Origin: an uncultured Bacteroidales bacterium
Lineage (GTDB): Bacteria; Bacteroidota; Bacteroidia; Bacteroidales; Bacteroidaceae
Length of the DNA: 64,000 nt
Reading direction: 5' to 3'
NCBI GenBank assembly: GCA_902783655.1
Contig: CACZRZ010000036.1
Coordinates: 164-64,163 of the forward strand
Shown here piece after piece: positions 42,001-51,548 of the stretch. A model generated the notes under the pieces. The model did not search any database and was not told the DNA's origin. It worked only from the letters and a program-made list of their open reading frames with translations. The position numbers and the translations under genes were made by a program. Within the stretch, counting starts at the first letter, position 1. Each line of letters starts with the position of its first letter.

Positions 42001-42355
42001 CTACCGCTGGCGTAAGGAAGGCAATGGCGGATATGGAGAATACATCCCCCGTGCTTTGTCGAGCTCCTACACACAGAACTATAATACACTCGTCAGCGAC
42101 CGCTTCATAGAAGACGGTTCGTTCCTGCGCCTGAACTACCTGCAGCTGAGCTATTCGTTCGATAGCAAGCTCATCAAGAAGTGGCACATGAACCAACTGA
42201 AACTCTATGCAAGTGCACGTAACCTGTTCTGCATCACAAAGTATAGTGGTGTTGACCCCGAGGTGGGATATGGTGGCATGAGCATCTCTACGGATAATGC
42301 CAACACACCTGCCCACGCTCGTGCTTACACCTTTGGCTTGAACATTGAATTCTAA
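39005..42355 (+). CDS. SusC/RagA-family TonB-dependent outer membrane transporter
   Basis: It has an N-terminal carboxypeptidase-regulatory-like domain (ITRVSGTVSDEYGEMPGVAV), a plug (VDEALQGRIAGL) and a 22-strand barrel length. It ends in an aromatic residue (F). Its start overlaps the upstream stop (ATGA). Confidence 0.9.
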   Translation: MKTLKYTLLIIMCLTSSLVSAQITRVSGTVSDEYGEMPGVAVKEIDSSNRTVSATVTDGNGNFTMTLKDAKKNRLVFTCVGMKTHTIKPITKQVYKITLAADVKEMKEAVVVGKKMAKTSGLAIPEREVSYSAQGLDAKEFEGLGITSVDEALQGRIAGLDIIASSGNVGAGSQMRLRGASTISTLTSNEPLIVVNGDIATDVDLSDFDVSTATDEKFAELLKVNTEDILDIKVLKDASATAIWGMRGANGVIEITTKRGSRGPARVGYSGKITINDKNRPVKLLNGDQYTMMLKEAYFNPRLSDTDGDIPELNYDYDGFSEAYMYDNNTDWTKLVSQFGTRQNHYIQVSGGDEKTLFRISGGYDHEVGNIIKQKLDRFSTRMALDYYVSDRIKILSDFSLTYTDRDLNYDGLWGIAMVKMPNLSPYYEYENGVPSDDYYYMLQNAAGGTTKLNDQKGMANPLASANLAKYTQRTYNLVPKLELEYKLLGLDDEHHQLKYNGVVYVNVSNEYDDKDYPRELSTANFIDTHTAYSYSAKSLGFTTRHSLNYIPHFKNRDNYLTMLARFELNSSSNSNQSTNAYRLPSGVSSPAAGGLISSMGSGYGQGRGLMYLYSGHYSYKSKYSIDGTIRMDGTTKFGPSRRWVVSYSASGRWNIIDEKFMNWAREKAKMSMLAVSAGWGTVGNPPGQDYLYMNKYNPGNAYLGTISMNPSGLKLNDIGAEHVTSWNVGFNLGFFDDRLKLRLDLYSRLTTDMLMAGGIPSSTGYRSLAVKNVGDMKNNGWEFNIDGNRLLKKGKFWLDCYVNFANNHNVITKMDDIVLENLNTEFSRSNATTLQRVQINNPFGSIYGFRCLGTYQYNFTTAQRIAKYQGADVLQANIDNGMTYPVALNRDGQLILNEKGEPLQMMFCYTEGSSLGKFNGGDAMYEDINHDGQINELDIVYLGSSLPKLTGGFGFTLNYGHWRLSTQFNYRVDYDVYNLARLNVESMNSNNNQSEAVNYRWRKEGNGGYGEYIPRALSSSYTQNYNTLVSDRFIEDGSFLRLNYLQLSYSFDSKLIKKWHMNQLKLYASARNLFCITKYSGVDPEVGYGGMSISTDNANTPAHARAYTFGLNIEF

Positions 42356-42373
42356 AGAAAGGAGAGCATAAAT

Positions 42374-44215
42374 ATGAAAAACTATAAGATAAAATCCATA
42401 ATCCTGGCAGGTGTTGCCTGTCTTGGCCTCTCCAGTTGTGGCGATTTCCTAAACATCGAACCGAAAACCTTCGTGTCGGAGGATAACTTCTGGAACGAGA
42501 AGACGGACATCGACCAGATGGTAGCCGGTACATACGTGAAGATGCAGAGTAGCGACATCATCAGCCGATGCATTGTATGGGGTGAGCTCCGCAGCGACAA
42601 CCTGGGCGAGGGACTGAACTGTTCCGGACAGACCGACCTCTATCGCGCACTTCGGTGCAACCTCTTGTCCACTAATCGTTATTGCGAATGGCAGAGTTTC
42701 TATTCCGTCATCAACCAATGTAACATTGTTATAGCGCGTGCGCCCGAGGTGAGCGAGAAGGACCCCACATACACCCAGAGCAATGTCTTGGCCACACAGG
42801 CCGAGATGGCGTTCCTGCGTGACCTGTGCTATTTCTATCTCGTGCGTGCCTTCAAGGACGTGCCTTACTACACCTATCCCATCCAGACCGACGAGGATGC
42901 ACAGCCCATCGGCGTAACTGATGGTGATGAAATCGTGAAGGCCCTGATTGCAGACCTGGAGGGTGTGGTTTCCAATGCTCTGAAGGCTTATCCCAAAGAC
43001 AACAACCGTAACTACAACAGCAATTGTAACCGTGTCACGCAGAATGCCATTTATGCGCTGCTGGCCGACCTGTGCCTTTGGGATGGTCAGTACCAGAAGT
43101 GCATCGACTACAGCCAGCGTGTGATTGACGCCAAGCTGAAGGAGTACAAGGAAGAGTATGCCACCAACACCACCAGCACTTCGGACGGTAGCTTGACACT
43201 TTTCAAGTCTGCCGATGACCCAGGCGAGGGCTATCCCCTCTATCCCTGCTTCAGTGGTAACTATTTCGGTAACGACTTCGGCAATATCTTCTCGCATCGA
43301 GGCAACAGCTTTGAGAGTATTTTCGAACTTGCCTTCACCACCGACGGAACCGATGCGAAGTATATTGGCAATACATCTGTGGCTTCGCTCTATGGTAACT
43401 ACTACAACACCGGCAGTAACAATGGGCAGGGCTATCTCTGTGTACATGAGCAACTGGCGGAAGATCCCAAGAGCAGCAAGCGTGTGTTCCTGACCGAGTA
43501 TGACTGTCGCTACTACACCGGCATCAACAAGGATGAGTCCTCGACAGGCAATAGCTCAGTACTGGCCTATCCCGCAAAATTCGTGGCCGAAGAGATGCAG
43601 GTGGAAGCCGTATCTAATACTCATAAGGCTACGATGACAACAATTGGCGGTAACTATGCGAACCACAACTGGATATTCTACCGTCTGACCGATGTCATGC
43701 TCATGCAGGCTGAGGCTTTGATTGAGTCGGCTAAGTATGACGACTTCGAGGCTTCGTACACCGACGATGAGGGCATTCGCCAATATGTTCTCGACGAAGA
43801 CGGTAATCGGGTCTTTGAGCAGAATTACAGCAAGGCCTTCTGGCTGATATTTGCCGTAAACCGTCGTAGCATCATGACGTCTTCAGCCACAGCCAACCAT
43901 GCCAATCAACTGAAGCCCGCCCAATACGTTGTTAGCCGTTCCACCATGCGCGAGCTTTGCATGGACGAACGTCGTCGCGAGCTCCTGTTTGAGGGTAAGC
44001 GCTGGTTCGACCTCCTGCGTCGTTGCCATCGCGAGGGTAACATTACCTACATTTCGGGTAAGGTGCCCGCCAAGAGCGGTGGTGCAAAGCCTGTCAACTA
44101 CGAGAACCTCTTCTGGCCATACAATAAGTATGACGTCAAGAACAATCCCCTCTTGAAGCAAAAGGCATTCTATGGCGAGGATGATGAAGAAGGAAACTAC
44201 AAAAGCACGAAATAA
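42374..44215 (+). CDS. SusD/RagB-family lipoprotein
   Basis: It has a lipobox (LGLSSCGD) and TPR-like SusD N-terminal motifs (FWNEKTDIDQMVAGTY, RAFKDVPYY), plus the C-terminal motif RRRELLFEGKRWFDLLR. It follows a SusC gene. Confidence 0.88.
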   Translation: MKNYKIKSIILAGVACLGLSSCGDFLNIEPKTFVSEDNFWNEKTDIDQMVAGTYVKMQSSDIISRCIVWGELRSDNLGEGLNCSGQTDLYRALRCNLLSTNRYCEWQSFYSVINQCNIVIARAPEVSEKDPTYTQSNVLATQAEMAFLRDLCYFYLVRAFKDVPYYTYPIQTDEDAQPIGVTDGDEIVKALIADLEGVVSNALKAYPKDNNRNYNSNCNRVTQNAIYALLADLCLWDGQYQKCIDYSQRVIDAKLKEYKEEYATNTTSTSDGSLTLFKSADDPGEGYPLYPCFSGNYFGNDFGNIFSHRGNSFESIFELAFTTDGTDAKYIGNTSVASLYGNYYNTGSNNGQGYLCVHEQLAEDPKSSKRVFLTEYDCRYYTGINKDESSTGNSSVLAYPAKFVAEEMQVEAVSNTHKATMTTIGGNYANHNWIFYRLTDVMLMQAEALIESAKYDDFEASYTDDEGIRQYVLDEDGNRVFEQNYSKAFWLIFAVNRRSIMTSSATANHANQLKPAQYVVSRSTMRELCMDERRRELLFEGKRWFDLLRRCHREGNITYISGKVPAKSGGAKPVNYENLFWPYNKYDVKNNPLLKQKAFYGEDDEEGNYKSTK

Positions 44216-44227
44216 AACCTACGGAAT

Positions 44228-46327
44228 ATGAAAAACTGGAAAAATATCAATACTGTTTTCCTTTTGCTTGCCATCTTGGGCGGCTATATGCTGACGTCGT
44301 GCAACGACGACATGGCAGAGGAAAATTACTACACCTTCACGGGTGAGATGATGAGCGACTACCTGCAGAATCACGAAGAATACAGTGAGTTTGCAGCCAT
44401 CGTGCGCCGCGCCACCAACAGCGAACGTGGCGTCAACATCATGGACCTGCTTTCGGTGCGTGGACAGTACACCTGCTTCGCACCCACCAACGATGCCGTT
44501 GCCGCCTATCTGAAAAGCAACGGCTACAGCAGTGTCAACGACATCCCTGCCGACATCTGCGACACCCTGGCTCGTACACACTTGATTAATGGTAAGGCCT
44601 ACAACGTCGTGGATCTTACGGGCTATTCGTCATTACCTACGGTGAACATGAACGACCGTTACTTGACGCTGAAACCTGACACCATGATTGACGAGGCAAG
44701 TGGTGACACACTGTACATTACCTACCGCCTGAATCGCAGCGGCGAGATTATCTACCAGCTTGCCAACGACTCCGTGGAGAACGGTATCGTGCAGCCTGTG
44801 GATGCCGTGCTTTCGGTTTCGAACCAGACACTGCCCGACCTGATGGTGGAGAACCCCAACATCTCCCTTTTCAACCAGGCAATGGAAGCTACAGGCATTG
44901 CCCTCATCATGCGTAGCAAGGTGAAGGATGGCACTTGGAATCCCGATAAGTATCAAGATAGGAGCATCTATACGGGTGCCCAGTGGGACTACTGTCACAT
45001 ACCAGAAAACAAGAAGTATGGTTTCACAGCCTTTGCCTGCCCAGACAAGGTGCTTCGCGACAAGTATCAGATTACCGACCTGGAGACGTTCTACAACTAT
45101 GCACGCGGCATCTATGGTGGTGACGAATGGGCTACGGTAGAGGCTAATCCCAAAAAGATGACGGAGTTGAACAATCCTCTGCGTCGTCTGATTGCCTACA
45201 ACTGCCTCAATCGCTTGGGCATGTACGACATGCTTACCACCATCTGTACCATTGCAACCGACCTGGTCAACCCCACCGAGTGGTATAGCACCATGGACTC
45301 GCTCACCACAATTAAAGTGGAGAGGCTGACGGTAAAGAACTTCATCGGTTTTGGTGAGAATGATGTTAAGGATGACCTCTACTTAAACCGTGGCGATGGT
45401 AACCGTAACGACCACACTCCGGGCATTCATGTCGATCGCAATGCTGAAGGCGACTTCGAGCAGACGGCCCTCAACGGTGTGTACTACACCACCGACGGAC
45501 TGGCTGACTACGGTACGGAAACGAAGGACAACATCTTCAACACCCGTATCCGTATGGATATGTACACCTTCTTCCCCGAAGTAATGAGTAACAGTATTCG
45601 CGATGGACGTACGACGAACCGAATGAGCGACTCCAACATTCCCGATCCCGCTGTTACGAGCCCCAACTACTGGTTCCCCAATGGCTATCTGGATAATGTG
45701 AAGATTAACGAGGACGGTGTGTTCCTGTTCCAGAGCCAGCACAATACTTACTGGAGCTACGAAGGCGATGAGTTCAACCTCTTCAGTGAGGTGAACAACT
45801 ACGACATCACCTTCAATCTGCCCAGTGTGCCTACGGGTACCTACCAGATTCGTCTGGGATTTGCCAACATGCCCACCCGAGGCATCTGTCAGTTCTATCT
45901 GGATGGCATTCCCAAGAACATCCCCTTCGATCAGCGTAGCGATAACTTCGAGTCGCGTGTAGGTTATTTCGAGCTGAACTCCGGCAATACTCCCTCTGCA
46001 TATAGGAATGATGCCGAAGCCTTCGAGGCTGCCAAGAAGAACATGCACAACCTGGGTTGGTATCATGGCCCGAAGAGCGTGTTCGTGATGAACGGCGAGG
46101 GACACCTCGACGGCACCAACAACCGAGGAGCCTACTTCAGTAACATTGCTCGCACTTGCCGCTTTGTGCTCTGTACGGAGAAGCTGGACGAGAACGTTCA
46201 GCACACCATCCGCATCAAGAGTGTATGGGCCATCGGCCAAACCGTGGTTATGTTCGACTACTTCGAACTTGTACCCAAGAGCGTATATGGCGTAGAGGGC
46301 GAAGGCCGAGCCGAGGACGACTTATAA
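44228..46327 (+). CDS. FAS1 (fasciclin) domain surface lipoprotein
   Basis: It has a lipobox (MLTSCNDD) and the FAS1 motif YTCFAPTNDAVAAYL. Confidence 0.7.
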   Translation: MKNWKNINTVFLLLAILGGYMLTSCNDDMAEENYYTFTGEMMSDYLQNHEEYSEFAAIVRRATNSERGVNIMDLLSVRGQYTCFAPTNDAVAAYLKSNGYSSVNDIPADICDTLARTHLINGKAYNVVDLTGYSSLPTVNMNDRYLTLKPDTMIDEASGDTLYITYRLNRSGEIIYQLANDSVENGIVQPVDAVLSVSNQTLPDLMVENPNISLFNQAMEATGIALIMRSKVKDGTWNPDKYQDRSIYTGAQWDYCHIPENKKYGFTAFACPDKVLRDKYQITDLETFYNYARGIYGGDEWATVEANPKKMTELNNPLRRLIAYNCLNRLGMYDMLTTICTIATDLVNPTEWYSTMDSLTTIKVERLTVKNFIGFGENDVKDDLYLNRGDGNRNDHTPGIHVDRNAEGDFEQTALNGVYYTTDGLADYGTETKDNIFNTRIRMDMYTFFPEVMSNSIRDGRTTNRMSDSNIPDPAVTSPNYWFPNGYLDNVKINEDGVFLFQSQHNTYWSYEGDEFNLFSEVNNYDITFNLPSVPTGTYQIRLGFANMPTRGICQFYLDGIPKNIPFDQRSDNFESRVGYFELNSGNTPSAYRNDAEAFEAAKKNMHNLGWYHGPKSVFVMNGEGHLDGTNNRGAYFSNIARTCRFVLCTEKLDENVQHTIRIKSVWAIGQTVVMFDYFELVPKSVYGVEGEGRAEDDL

Positions 46328-46334
46328 TTAATGG

Positions 46335-46383
46335 ATAATTGACAATTGATAATTGAAAATTGTAGATTGACAATTGACAATAA
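46335..46383 (+). repeat. seven tandem AATTGAN-type heptamers filling the intergenic gap
   Basis: The units are ATAATTG ACAATTG ATAATTG AAAATTG TAGATTG ACAATTG ACAATAA, ending 3 nt before ATG 46387. Confidence 0.85.
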
Positions 46384-46386
46384 AAT

Positions 46387-48267
46387 ATGAATACTATGAA
46401 AGTTAAGATTAATAAATATTTGCAGGAGTATATACTCCCCTCCCTCGGAAGGGGTAAGGGGGTAGGGCTTTCCTCCCTCTGCGCCCTCTGCCTTCTCTGT
46501 GTTGCATGTACGGACACTTGGAACGAGCACTACGATGTGACCGAGGGTGGAATGGCCGACCAGCCTACCTTGCTTGAGAACATCAAGTCCGATGCGAGTC
46601 TGGCCAACTTCTACCGTGCCATCGTTGGGATTGGCGGTGAGGCAACTCTCAACTCGCCCCAGCAGCTGACCGTTTGGGCACCTAAGGGTATGACTAAGGA
46701 ACAGGCCGACAGCATCATTGCGGTATATCAGAACGACAAGGCCAATTACGAGTCTAAGTTCGGAACCACTCAGAGGTGGTCGGACAACAGGGCCGTCAAG
46801 CAGTTCTTCCAGAATCACATAGCCTTGTATTCGCGCTCCGTTTCTTCGCTGACCGACGACACCATTGCCATGATGAACCGCAAGTACATGCACTTGTTGG
46901 GCACCAGTCAGACCCAGGGAACCCTCGACGGTAATCCTTTCAGCGAGGCCGTAATCAGTTCCAATGGTATGCTTTACAAGGTGGATAACCTGCAGCGCTT
47001 CTTTCCCAATGTGCGTGAATATCTCGAACAGCAGGCCCGTCTCGACAGCATTTCCGAGCTGATTGCCGACTACGACGAGTACGAGCTCGACGAAGAAGCC
47101 TCCGTTCCTGGTGAAGTCGTTGATGGTAAGACCCAGTACCTCGACTCTGTCACGGTGCTCTACAATCCTCTGCTTATGTCGTACGGATACATCCAGCGCG
47201 AGGACAGCACCTATTCGCTTGTTGCTCCCACCAACGAGGTCTGGGCAAAATACTACGACGAGTACAAGAACTACTATGTTTACAACCCCACCGTGTTGAA
47301 TGCCGACTCACTGGCTGAGGCCAATACCAAGTTCAGCATCGTGCGCGGTCTGTTCTTCAACACCAGTACCGAAAACAAATTCAACCGTCACCCCGAGGAC
47401 TCGCTGGTCAACACCTCCTACTTCGAGCGTCAGCAGCACAATCCACGCCGCAACGTCTACTATCATCCTTTCGACAATGGTGGTATCCTGTCGGGCCTTG
47501 AGAGTGTCGAATGCTCCAATGGTCGTGTCTACATCGACAACAAGGGTGTCATCGACCCCCGCACGACTTTCTTCTACCGTACCGACCTTTCTGCAAACTT
47601 TGCGCAATACTATGAGGTTCCCAAGAATGCGAGCAACGAGGACAAGATGAACATCTCCCAGGGGCAGTATATCATCTATGACAACGACTCGTCCTTCAAC
47701 ATCTTGAAAACCCATAATTATGTCGAGGTATCGTCAAAGACACCTTCCGACCAGTCCGAGATTGCGTACAAGCTGCCCAGCATCCTGTCGGGTGTCTATT
47801 ACAACATCTATGTAGTCACTGTTCCCAACATGAATTCTGGCTTGCCCTGCTGGTTCCAGGTAAAGCACAGCGAGCGCAATGCCAAGGGCAATTTCCCCAC
47901 TGCGCAGAATTTCGTCAATCCCCATCCGGTAACCGAAGGTAGCGTTGAAAACTCTGATGTATTGATCAGACAGTCCAATTATAATCGCTGCTTTGTGGCC
48001 GGAACCGAGAAGGTCGACACCATCTTGATTCAGTCGGCTGTCCAGTTCCCCTATTCGTCAGTGGGTGTGGACGACGAGATGGCCCGTCTGAGTATTTTGT
48101 CGTTTGGTCCTTCCAGTCCGTCTTATCGTGAGGCCATATACACGCGAACCCTGCGCCTGTCTGAAATCATCCTCGTTCCCTTCGCTACGAAGGAAGAGGC
48201 AGAGGCCGCAGCCGACGACATTGATGCGTTTAATGATGAATTACTGGAAGCTAACAAGGAAAACTAA
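46387..48267 (+). CDS. fasciclin-like surface lipoprotein
   Basis: It has a lipobox (LLCVACTD) and FAS1-like motifs (LTVWAPKGMT, YSLVAPTNEVWAKYY). The N-terminal region carries the G/C-rich element. Confidence 0.6.
   Translation: MNTMKVKINKYLQEYILPSLGRGKGVGLSSLCALCLLCVACTDTWNEHYDVTEGGMADQPTLLENIKSDASLANFYRAIVGIGGEATLNSPQQLTVWAPKGMTKEQADSIIAVYQNDKANYESKFGTTQRWSDNRAVKQFFQNHIALYSRSVSSLTDDTIAMMNRKYMHLLGTSQTQGTLDGNPFSEAVISSNGMLYKVDNLQRFFPNVREYLEQQARLDSISELIADYDEYELDEEASVPGEVVDGKTQYLDSVTVLYNPLLMSYGYIQREDSTYSLVAPTNEVWAKYYDEYKNYYVYNPTVLNADSLAEANTKFSIVRGLFFNTSTENKFNRHPEDSLVNTSYFERQQHNPRRNVYYHPFDNGGILSGLESVECSNGRVYIDNKGVIDPRTTFFYRTDLSANFAQYYEVPKNASNEDKMNISQGQYIIYDNDSSFNILKTHNYVEVSSKTPSDQSEIAYKLPSILSGVYYNIYVVTVPNMNSGLPCWFQVKHSERNAKGNFPTAQNFVNPHPVTEGSVENSDVLIRQSNYNRCFVAGTEKVDTILIQSAVQFPYSSVGVDDEMARLSILSFGPSSPSYREAIYTRTLRLSEIILVPFATKEEAEAAADDIDAFNDELLEANKEN
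46427..46467 (+). repeat. G/C-rich palindromic G-tract element copy E7, in frame in the signal-peptide region
   Basis: The sequence is AGTATATACTCCCCTCCCTCGGAAGGGGTAAGGGGGTAGGG, translated as EYILPSLGRGKGVG. It is a near match to the reverse complement of E1. Confidence 0.75.
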
Positions 48268-48273
48268 TACGGT

Positions 48274-51200
48274 ATGAAAAATATTAATATTCTATTCCTA
48301 TCTCTCCTCATGGTTTCTCCCTTGAGCCTCTTTGCCCAGGAGGACGGAACCTCACAAGAGAAACCGTCTGTGATTCAGATTCGCAAGACGAAGAAGCAGG
48401 AAGCCACGCGCACCATTCAGGGACGTGTCATCAGCGATGCCACCGGCGAACCGCTGGTCGGTGTGCTGGTTCAGTCAATTGCCGGCCGTGGCTATTCAAC
48501 CCTGACTGAGGAAGACGGAACCTTCAAGATGCAGGTTCCCCTCTATAGCAGTGCCGTCACCGTCACCATCCCCGGCTACAGCATGGCCCGTGTGGGTCTG
48601 AACAAGTCGGGGCAGCTGCGCGACATCGTCATGCAGAGCGAAGCCTCCCGTGTCGTTTATGGTGCCGACGACAATGTGCTCAACAACGTTAAGGCTGGTT
48701 CCATCGAGTTCACCGCCGCCCGCAATGTCACCAGCGAGATTGGCAACCAACTGGCAGCCAATGTCCACACCGTGGCCCGCAGCGGTGCCCTGGCCGTGGG
48801 CAACTACATGAACATTGGTGGTGTCAACTCCCTCCAGAGCAACTCCCAGCCTCTGGTCGTACTGGACGGTGTCATTATCGACCAGCAGTACAATCGCCAA
48901 ATGATACACACGGGCTACTACAACGACATCCTCACCAACATCAATCCTAACGATGTAGAGAGCGTCGAGGTAATGTCCAACGGTACAGCCCTCTATGGCG
49001 CTAAGGGAGCCAACGGCGTCATCTTCATCAAGACCAAGCGCAACACCTCACAGGCCACTCGCATCGAGGCCACGGTCAACGTAGGTGTTGAACTGCTGCC
49101 CAAGATGTATGATGTCATGAACGGCAGTCAGTACAAGACCTATGCCTCCGGTCTCCTCCAGAGCACTGGTACCAAGGCCACCAGCTTCAAGTTCCTGAAT
49201 GCCGATCCCACCTATTATTGGTACAATAAGTACAGCAACGACACCAACTGGTCCGATCACCTCTACAGCGAGGCTCTGACACAGAACTATGGTCTCAGCG
49301 TGCAAGGTGGTGGCGATGTTGCCAACTACATGCTGTCTGTGGGCTACACCCACGACAACAGCGTCCTGAAGCAGAACAACTTCAACCGCCTCAATGTCCG
49401 TTTCAACACCGACATTCTCATCACCGACGCACTTTCCATGCGCTTCGATGCTGCCTACACCAACCAGACACGCAAGCTTATGGACACTGGTGCACCTGAG
49501 AGCTACGACGAGAGGTCCATCACCAGCACCTCGTTCCTGGCCTTGACCAAGAGCCCCATGCTGAGTCCGTACTCCTTTGCCAACCAGCAGATCAGCAAGA
49601 ACCATTTGGACATTGTCGATGAGGACTACCTCGACGAGGTCAGCACCCTGCGCAATGCCAACTATCGTCTGGCCAATCCCGTAGCCATCAACCATTACGG
49701 CGAGGCTGAGAACAAGAACTACTTCGACAACTCGTACGTCAACCTGGCTGTAACGCCCAAGTACCAGTTCAACAAGCACTTGTTCCTCAGTTCCATGTTC
49801 AGCTACACGCTGGTCAACACCAATGAAAAGTACTACGTTCCCATCAACGGTGTGCCCAGCTACTATGTGGCTTCCCTCCAGGGAACGATGGAGAACGAGA
49901 TTGGTTCGCAATACGGCAAGCAGAACACCATCAACAGCGACACCAAGCTCGACTGGCACAACTCCTACGGTGGCCACAACATCCACCTGCAGGGGGGCTT
50001 CCGTTTCATCAACGAAAGCTATTCGCTCAACACGCAGCACGGCTACAATACTGGAAACGACAAGACTGTCTTCATCAACGACACCGACAACAAGACTGCC
50101 TCTGGCTCCAACGACAAGTGGGCCACCATCACATGGTATGGTCAGGCACAGTACAACTATGCCAACCGCTACTATCTCGAAGGTGCCTTGGCCGTAGAGT
50201 CCAACTCGCAGTTCGGTCGCGACGTCAAGAGCGGCTTCAAACTTGGTGGAGTTGTCTGGGGTGTCTTCCCCAGCATCCAGGCCGGATGGGTAGTCAGCAA
50301 CGAGAAGTTCTTCGATGTCAATGGCATCGACTATCTGAAACTCACCGCCGGCTACGGAGTCAGCGGTAACGACAATCTCGTTTACGATGCCTCGCGCAGC
50401 TACTTCACCAGCAGCATGTTCATGAACAAGGTGACCGGTCTTTCCCTCACCAACATCGGTAACACCGAACTTCAGTGGGAGACCACCAAGCGCTTCAATG
50501 CCGGCATCGAATTCAAGGGCCTGAACAACCGTCTGGGCATCAACTTCAACTACTTCCATTCCTGGACCGACAACCTCATCACTCTTCAGGAACTGGGCTT
50601 CGTCAGTGGTCTCGACTACAACTGGTCCAATGGCGGCTCGCTGAAGAACCAGGGCTTCGATGTATCTGTCGTTGCTCAGCTGCTGTCGCGTAAGAACTGG
50701 AACTGGTCCGTCGGTGCCAGCATGGGCCACTATGTCAACGAGCTCACCAATCTGCCCGACAACCAGCCCTATCTCGATACCCAGATACTCGGAGCCACCG
50801 TACGCAGCCAGTTGGGTGGTGCCATCAACACCTTCTACGGCTATCGCACCGATGGCGTTTACTCCACCTCCGAGGAAGCCCAGGCAGCCAACCTCTACTT
50901 GCAGGACGAGACGGGAGCCCGAACCTATTTCGGCGCTGGTGATGTCAAGTTCATCGACCTTGACGGTAACGGCCGTATCGATGAAAACGACCGCTCCATT
51001 ATTGGTGATGCCACTCCCGACATCTATGGTAACCTCTTCACCTCCCTCAACTGGAAGCGCCTGACCCTCGACGTCAACTTCAACTATTCACTCGGAGGCG
51101 ATGTCTATAACTACATGCGTCAGCAACTCGAATCCGGTAGCCGCTTCATGAACCAGAGCACCGCCATCCTCAACCGCTGGACCAACGAAGGTCAGGCAAC

Positions 51201-51504
51201 CACTGTGCCCAAGGCCACCTATGGCGACCCCATGGGCAACAGCCGTTTCAGCGACCGCTGGATCGAGGATGCCAGTTATCTGCGTCTGAAGAGCCTCACG
51301 CTCAGCTACAAGTTGCCCATCAGCAATACCTACATCCAGGGTATCACCATCTGGGGCCAGGCCAACAACCTGCTCACCCTCACGCGCTATCTGGGCACCG
51401 ATCCCGAGTTCTCCATGTCCAACTCCGTGCTGGCACAGGGCATCGACCGTGGTCTCATCTCTCAGGGACGTAATTTCCACATTGGCGTGAAGATTAACCT
51501 GTAA
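48274..51504 (+). CDS. SusC/RagA-family TonB-dependent outer membrane transporter (second copy)
   Basis: It has a signal peptide, a carboxypeptidase-regulatory-like domain (IQGRVISDATGEPLVGVLV), a plug and a barrel. Confidence 0.9.
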   Translation: MKNINILFLSLLMVSPLSLFAQEDGTSQEKPSVIQIRKTKKQEATRTIQGRVISDATGEPLVGVLVQSIAGRGYSTLTEEDGTFKMQVPLYSSAVTVTIPGYSMARVGLNKSGQLRDIVMQSEASRVVYGADDNVLNNVKAGSIEFTAARNVTSEIGNQLAANVHTVARSGALAVGNYMNIGGVNSLQSNSQPLVVLDGVIIDQQYNRQMIHTGYYNDILTNINPNDVESVEVMSNGTALYGAKGANGVIFIKTKRNTSQATRIEATVNVGVELLPKMYDVMNGSQYKTYASGLLQSTGTKATSFKFLNADPTYYWYNKYSNDTNWSDHLYSEALTQNYGLSVQGGGDVANYMLSVGYTHDNSVLKQNNFNRLNVRFNTDILITDALSMRFDAAYTNQTRKLMDTGAPESYDERSITSTSFLALTKSPMLSPYSFANQQISKNHLDIVDEDYLDEVSTLRNANYRLANPVAINHYGEAENKNYFDNSYVNLAVTPKYQFNKHLFLSSMFSYTLVNTNEKYYVPINGVPSYYVASLQGTMENEIGSQYGKQNTINSDTKLDWHNSYGGHNIHLQGGFRFINESYSLNTQHGYNTGNDKTVFINDTDNKTASGSNDKWATITWYGQAQYNYANRYYLEGALAVESNSQFGRDVKSGFKLGGVVWGVFPSIQAGWVVSNEKFFDVNGIDYLKLTAGYGVSGNDNLVYDASRSYFTSSMFMNKVTGLSLTNIGNTELQWETTKRFNAGIEFKGLNNRLGINFNYFHSWTDNLITLQELGFVSGLDYNWSNGGSLKNQGFDVSVVAQLLSRKNWNWSVGASMGHYVNELTNLPDNQPYLDTQILGATVRSQLGGAINTFYGYRTDGVYSTSEEAQAANLYLQDETGARTYFGAGDVKFIDLDGNGRIDENDRSIIGDATPDIYGNLFTSLNWKRLTLDVNFNYSLGGDVYNYMRQQLESGSRFMNQSTAILNRWTNEGQATTVPKATYGDPMGNSRFSDRWIEDASYLRLKSLTLSYKLPISNTYIQGITIWGQANNLLTLTRYLGTDPEFSMSNSVLAQGIDRGLISQGRNFHIGVKINL

Positions 51505-51506
51505 AG

Positions 51507-51548
51507 CCAATTGACAATTGACAATTGATAATTGAAAATTGATAATTA
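51507..51548 (+). repeat. six tandem AATTGAN heptamers running into the SusD start codon
   Basis: The units are CCAATTG ACAATTG ACAATTG ATAATTG AAAATTG ATAATTA, followed by TG of the start codon. Confidence 0.85.
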
